From contig CAZVPD010000002.1 of NCBI GenBank assembly GCA_964628455.1, positions 1 through 47,870 of the forward strand: DNA of 47,870 nucleotides, given 5' to 3'. The notes beneath the pieces were generated by a model. The model had not been told where the DNA came from, did not search any database, and saw nothing but the letters and a program-made list of their open reading frames with translations. The DNA comes from an uncultured Lachnospiraceae bacterium. GTDB taxonomy: Bacteria; Bacillota; Clostridia; Oscillospirales; CAG-272. Made by a program: the position numbers and the translations under genes. Shown one piece after another: positions 46,055 to 47,870 of the stretch (positions within the stretch are counted from its first letter, which is position 1; every line of letters starts with the position of its first letter).

Positions 46055-46449
46055 AATTCGTAAAAAAAACGGATATTATAGTTTTATCCGCGATCATACT
46101 ATTCTGTTTTATTTTGTGGGGGACATACAGACTCCTTTATTCAAAAGCTCCTGCGACGGCGGAGATTTATTACGGCTCCGAACGGATTGAAACCATCTCA
46201 CTGACAGAGGGAACAGACAGAATTTTTTCCGTACCGCAGAATGAAAATGTCGTCTTTCACCTGTTTTCCGACGGAAGCATTTGCTTTGAAGCATCCGACT
46301 GCCGGGATAAAATATGTGTCCGTTCGGGAAAACTGCGTATGGTCGGCGAGACCGCCGTATGTCTTCCCAACAAATTAATATTAAAAATTGTGCGGAATGA
46401 TAAAAGGGTATCCGGAGATATGGATATGGTCATAGGCGCGGGAAGGTAA
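46051..46449 (+). CDS. NusG domain II (DUF1312)-containing membrane-anchored protein
   Basis: ORF 45892..46449. ATG 46051 is preferred (ATGA overlap with the upstream stop). 132 aa: one N-terminal TM segment, then ..EASDCRDKICVRSG....GETAVCLPNKLILKI. Confidence 0.7.
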   Translation: MKFVKKTDIIVLSAIILFCFILWGTYRLLYSKAPATAEIYYGSERIETISLTEGTDRIFSVPQNENVVFHLFSDGSICFEASDCRDKICVRSGKLRMVGETAVCLPNKLILKIVRNDKRVSGDMDMVIGAGR

Positions 46450-46453
46450 TGCA

Positions 46454-47008
46454 GTGGGCAAATATTATGCGCACAATATCACGCAGAATTCATTTAAAAC
46501 CAGAGAAATCGTATTGACCGGTATCTTGTTTGCAGTCGCGATCGTTCTTTCATTTGTGGAAAACTCACTGCAGCTTCCGTTTATCGCTCCCGGAGTTAAA
46601 TTCGGTCTGTCTAATATCGTCGTTATGTATTCATTGTTTTTTCTGGGTAAAAGCAGAGCATTTTTACTTGCACTTCTGAAAGCTCTGTTTGTATTCGCCA
46701 CCAGAGGAGCTGTTTCGGGAATTCTGAGTCTATGCGGAGGGGTGCTTTCGATAGGGATCATGTCCCTGCTGCTGATTGTTTTTAAAGACAGGATTTCTTA
46801 TCTTCTTTTGAGTGTGACCGGTTCTGTTTTTCATAATTTGGGACAGCTGACCGCCGTATCGATTATTTATACAAACATATTGATATGGTTATACCTTCCC
46901 ATATTGCTGATAACGGGGATTATAGCCGGAATTATTACGTCGACTCTTTTAAAAGTTAGCTTGACAGCCTTCAATAAGCTGTTTGAGATAAAAAAAATAA
47001 ATTTATAG
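46454..47008 (+). CDS. Gx-transporter clan protein (Hpre_diP_synt_I family; ECF S-component-like, EetB-like candidate)
   Basis: 184 aa with a GTG start. Five or six TM helices. TREIVLTGILFAVAIVLSFVE....PGVKFGLSNIVVM signature. Confidence 0.65.
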   Translation: MGKYYAHNITQNSFKTREIVLTGILFAVAIVLSFVENSLQLPFIAPGVKFGLSNIVVMYSLFFLGKSRAFLLALLKALFVFATRGAVSGILSLCGGVLSIGIMSLLLIVFKDRISYLLLSVTGSVFHNLGQLTAVSIIYTNILIWLYLPILLITGIIAGIITSTLLKVSLTAFNKLFEIKKINL

Positions 47009-47017
47009 GAGAAATGT

Positions 47018-47870
47018 ATGAAAATTATTGTCGCTTCTTTTGGTTGTGATTTTTGCCGTATCTGCTCTTGCGGGATGCGGCGGTTCTGCGGATTCTGTTA
47101 AAACAGGGCTTGCGGTCGTCAGTTCGATATCAAAATCCAAAGACGTCGCAGACGGAGTCGGTCTTGCAGAGATGGATACGATGGTTTATGCCGTTACAGT
47201 TGATAACGCAGGGAAAATCGTTAAATGCGTGATCGATTCAGTTCAGACAAAAGTAAACTTTGATGATACCGGAAAAATCACGACTCCGCTTGATACGGTT
47301 GTTCAGACAAAGAACGAACTCGGTGACGGATACGGCATGAGATCCTCTTCTGCTATCGGAAAAGAATGGAACGAACAGGCATCCAGCTTTGCCGCTTATG
47401 TTGCAGGCAAAACGGCAGGCGAAATAGCCGGTATCGCCGTGGATGCGGAATCATATCCCACGGGTGCCGACCTTACCTCGTCGGTTACGGTTCATGTAGG
47501 CGATTTTATTACGGGCATACAAAAAGCAATGGAAAATGCAAAAGATATCGGATCCGGCAAAGAAGACAAACTGGGACTCGGTGTTTATACCACCATTGAC
47601 AGATCCGCCGATGCAGGCGAAGAACCCGGCCTGGCACAGGCATATTCATTTTATGCCGTGACGACCACAAACGCAGACGGGCTCATAACCGGCTGTATTT
47701 TAGACGGTTCTCAGACGAATGTGAACTTTGACACAAGCGGAAAGATCACAACCGATTTAAACACCGCATTTAAAACAAAGAACGAACTCGGAAATGATTA
47801 CGGCATGAAAGCGCAGTCCGGTATCGGTAAAGAGTGGTTTGAGTGGCTGATGCTTCAAGAGATTCCGTTT
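47018..47870 (+). CDS. Repeat-domain lipoprotein (PplA-position, FMN-bind-like?), 5' frameshift, 3' end outside window
   Basis: AGGAG (47007-47011) lies 6 nt before ATG 47018, but that frame stops at 47099. The long open frame (47022 to the window end) reads KLLSLLLVVIFAVSALAGCGGS.., a canonical lipobox, and has no ATG. The two frames join across the A4 run at 47021-47024. Two ~156-aa repeats follow. Confidence 0.6.

Noticed and set aside
1-47870. CRISPR arrays, rRNA/tRNA genes, IS elements, toxin-antitoxin or defence-system gene pairs
   Set aside because: Reading both strands, I found no regularly spaced repeats, no cloverleaf-like or rRNA-like conserved segments, and no nuclease/ATPase/methylase combinations typical of defence islands.

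Overview
47.9-kb chromosomal segment from a Gram-positive, Clostridia-like anaerobe, judged from gene content, AGGAGG-type ribosome-binding sites, TTGACA-17-TATAAT promoters and lipobox signal peptides. I count about 42 protein genes. I saw no rRNA, tRNA, CRISPR array, transposase, integrase or transcription-factor gene. Housekeeping blocks are trkA-trkH, clpX-clpP-tig, thrC, yraN-rnhB-rbgA-lepB, rplS, carB, trmK-nif3, pyk and prfB. Four accessory islands sit between them. (1) 3.4-9.1 kb: a GH36-like hydrolase divergent from an operon encoding a cytoplasmic FG-GAP beta-propeller, a GH4 enzyme and a Gfo/Idh/MocA oxidoreductase. (2) 19.1-25.7 kb: a GT4 glycosyltransferase, a stand-alone rplS, and two paralogous exported proteins that each carry two AlgX/AlgJ-type SGNH domains; the N-terminal copy has lost the catalytic D-x-H-W. 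(3) 25.7-31.9 kb: an alpha/beta esterase, an orphan ABC solute-binding lipoprotein, a second (GH109-like?) Gfo/Idh/MocA protein, a second GH36-like paralog and an SGNH esterase. (4) 42.1 kb to the window end: a tightly coupled six-gene operon encoding an NDH-2 fused to a membrane domain, a polyprenyl synthase, a UbiA prenyltransferase, a NusG-II protein, a Gx/ECF-S-like membrane protein and a repeat lipoprotein. Island 4 looks like a rearranged flavin-based extracellular electron transfer (EET) module. Its last gene has an apparent frameshift in an A-run right after the start codon. I rank island 4 and the pseudo-enzyme/enzyme AlgX-like pair as the most interesting. All functional calls rest on motifs I read in the translated ORFs; no database search was possible.
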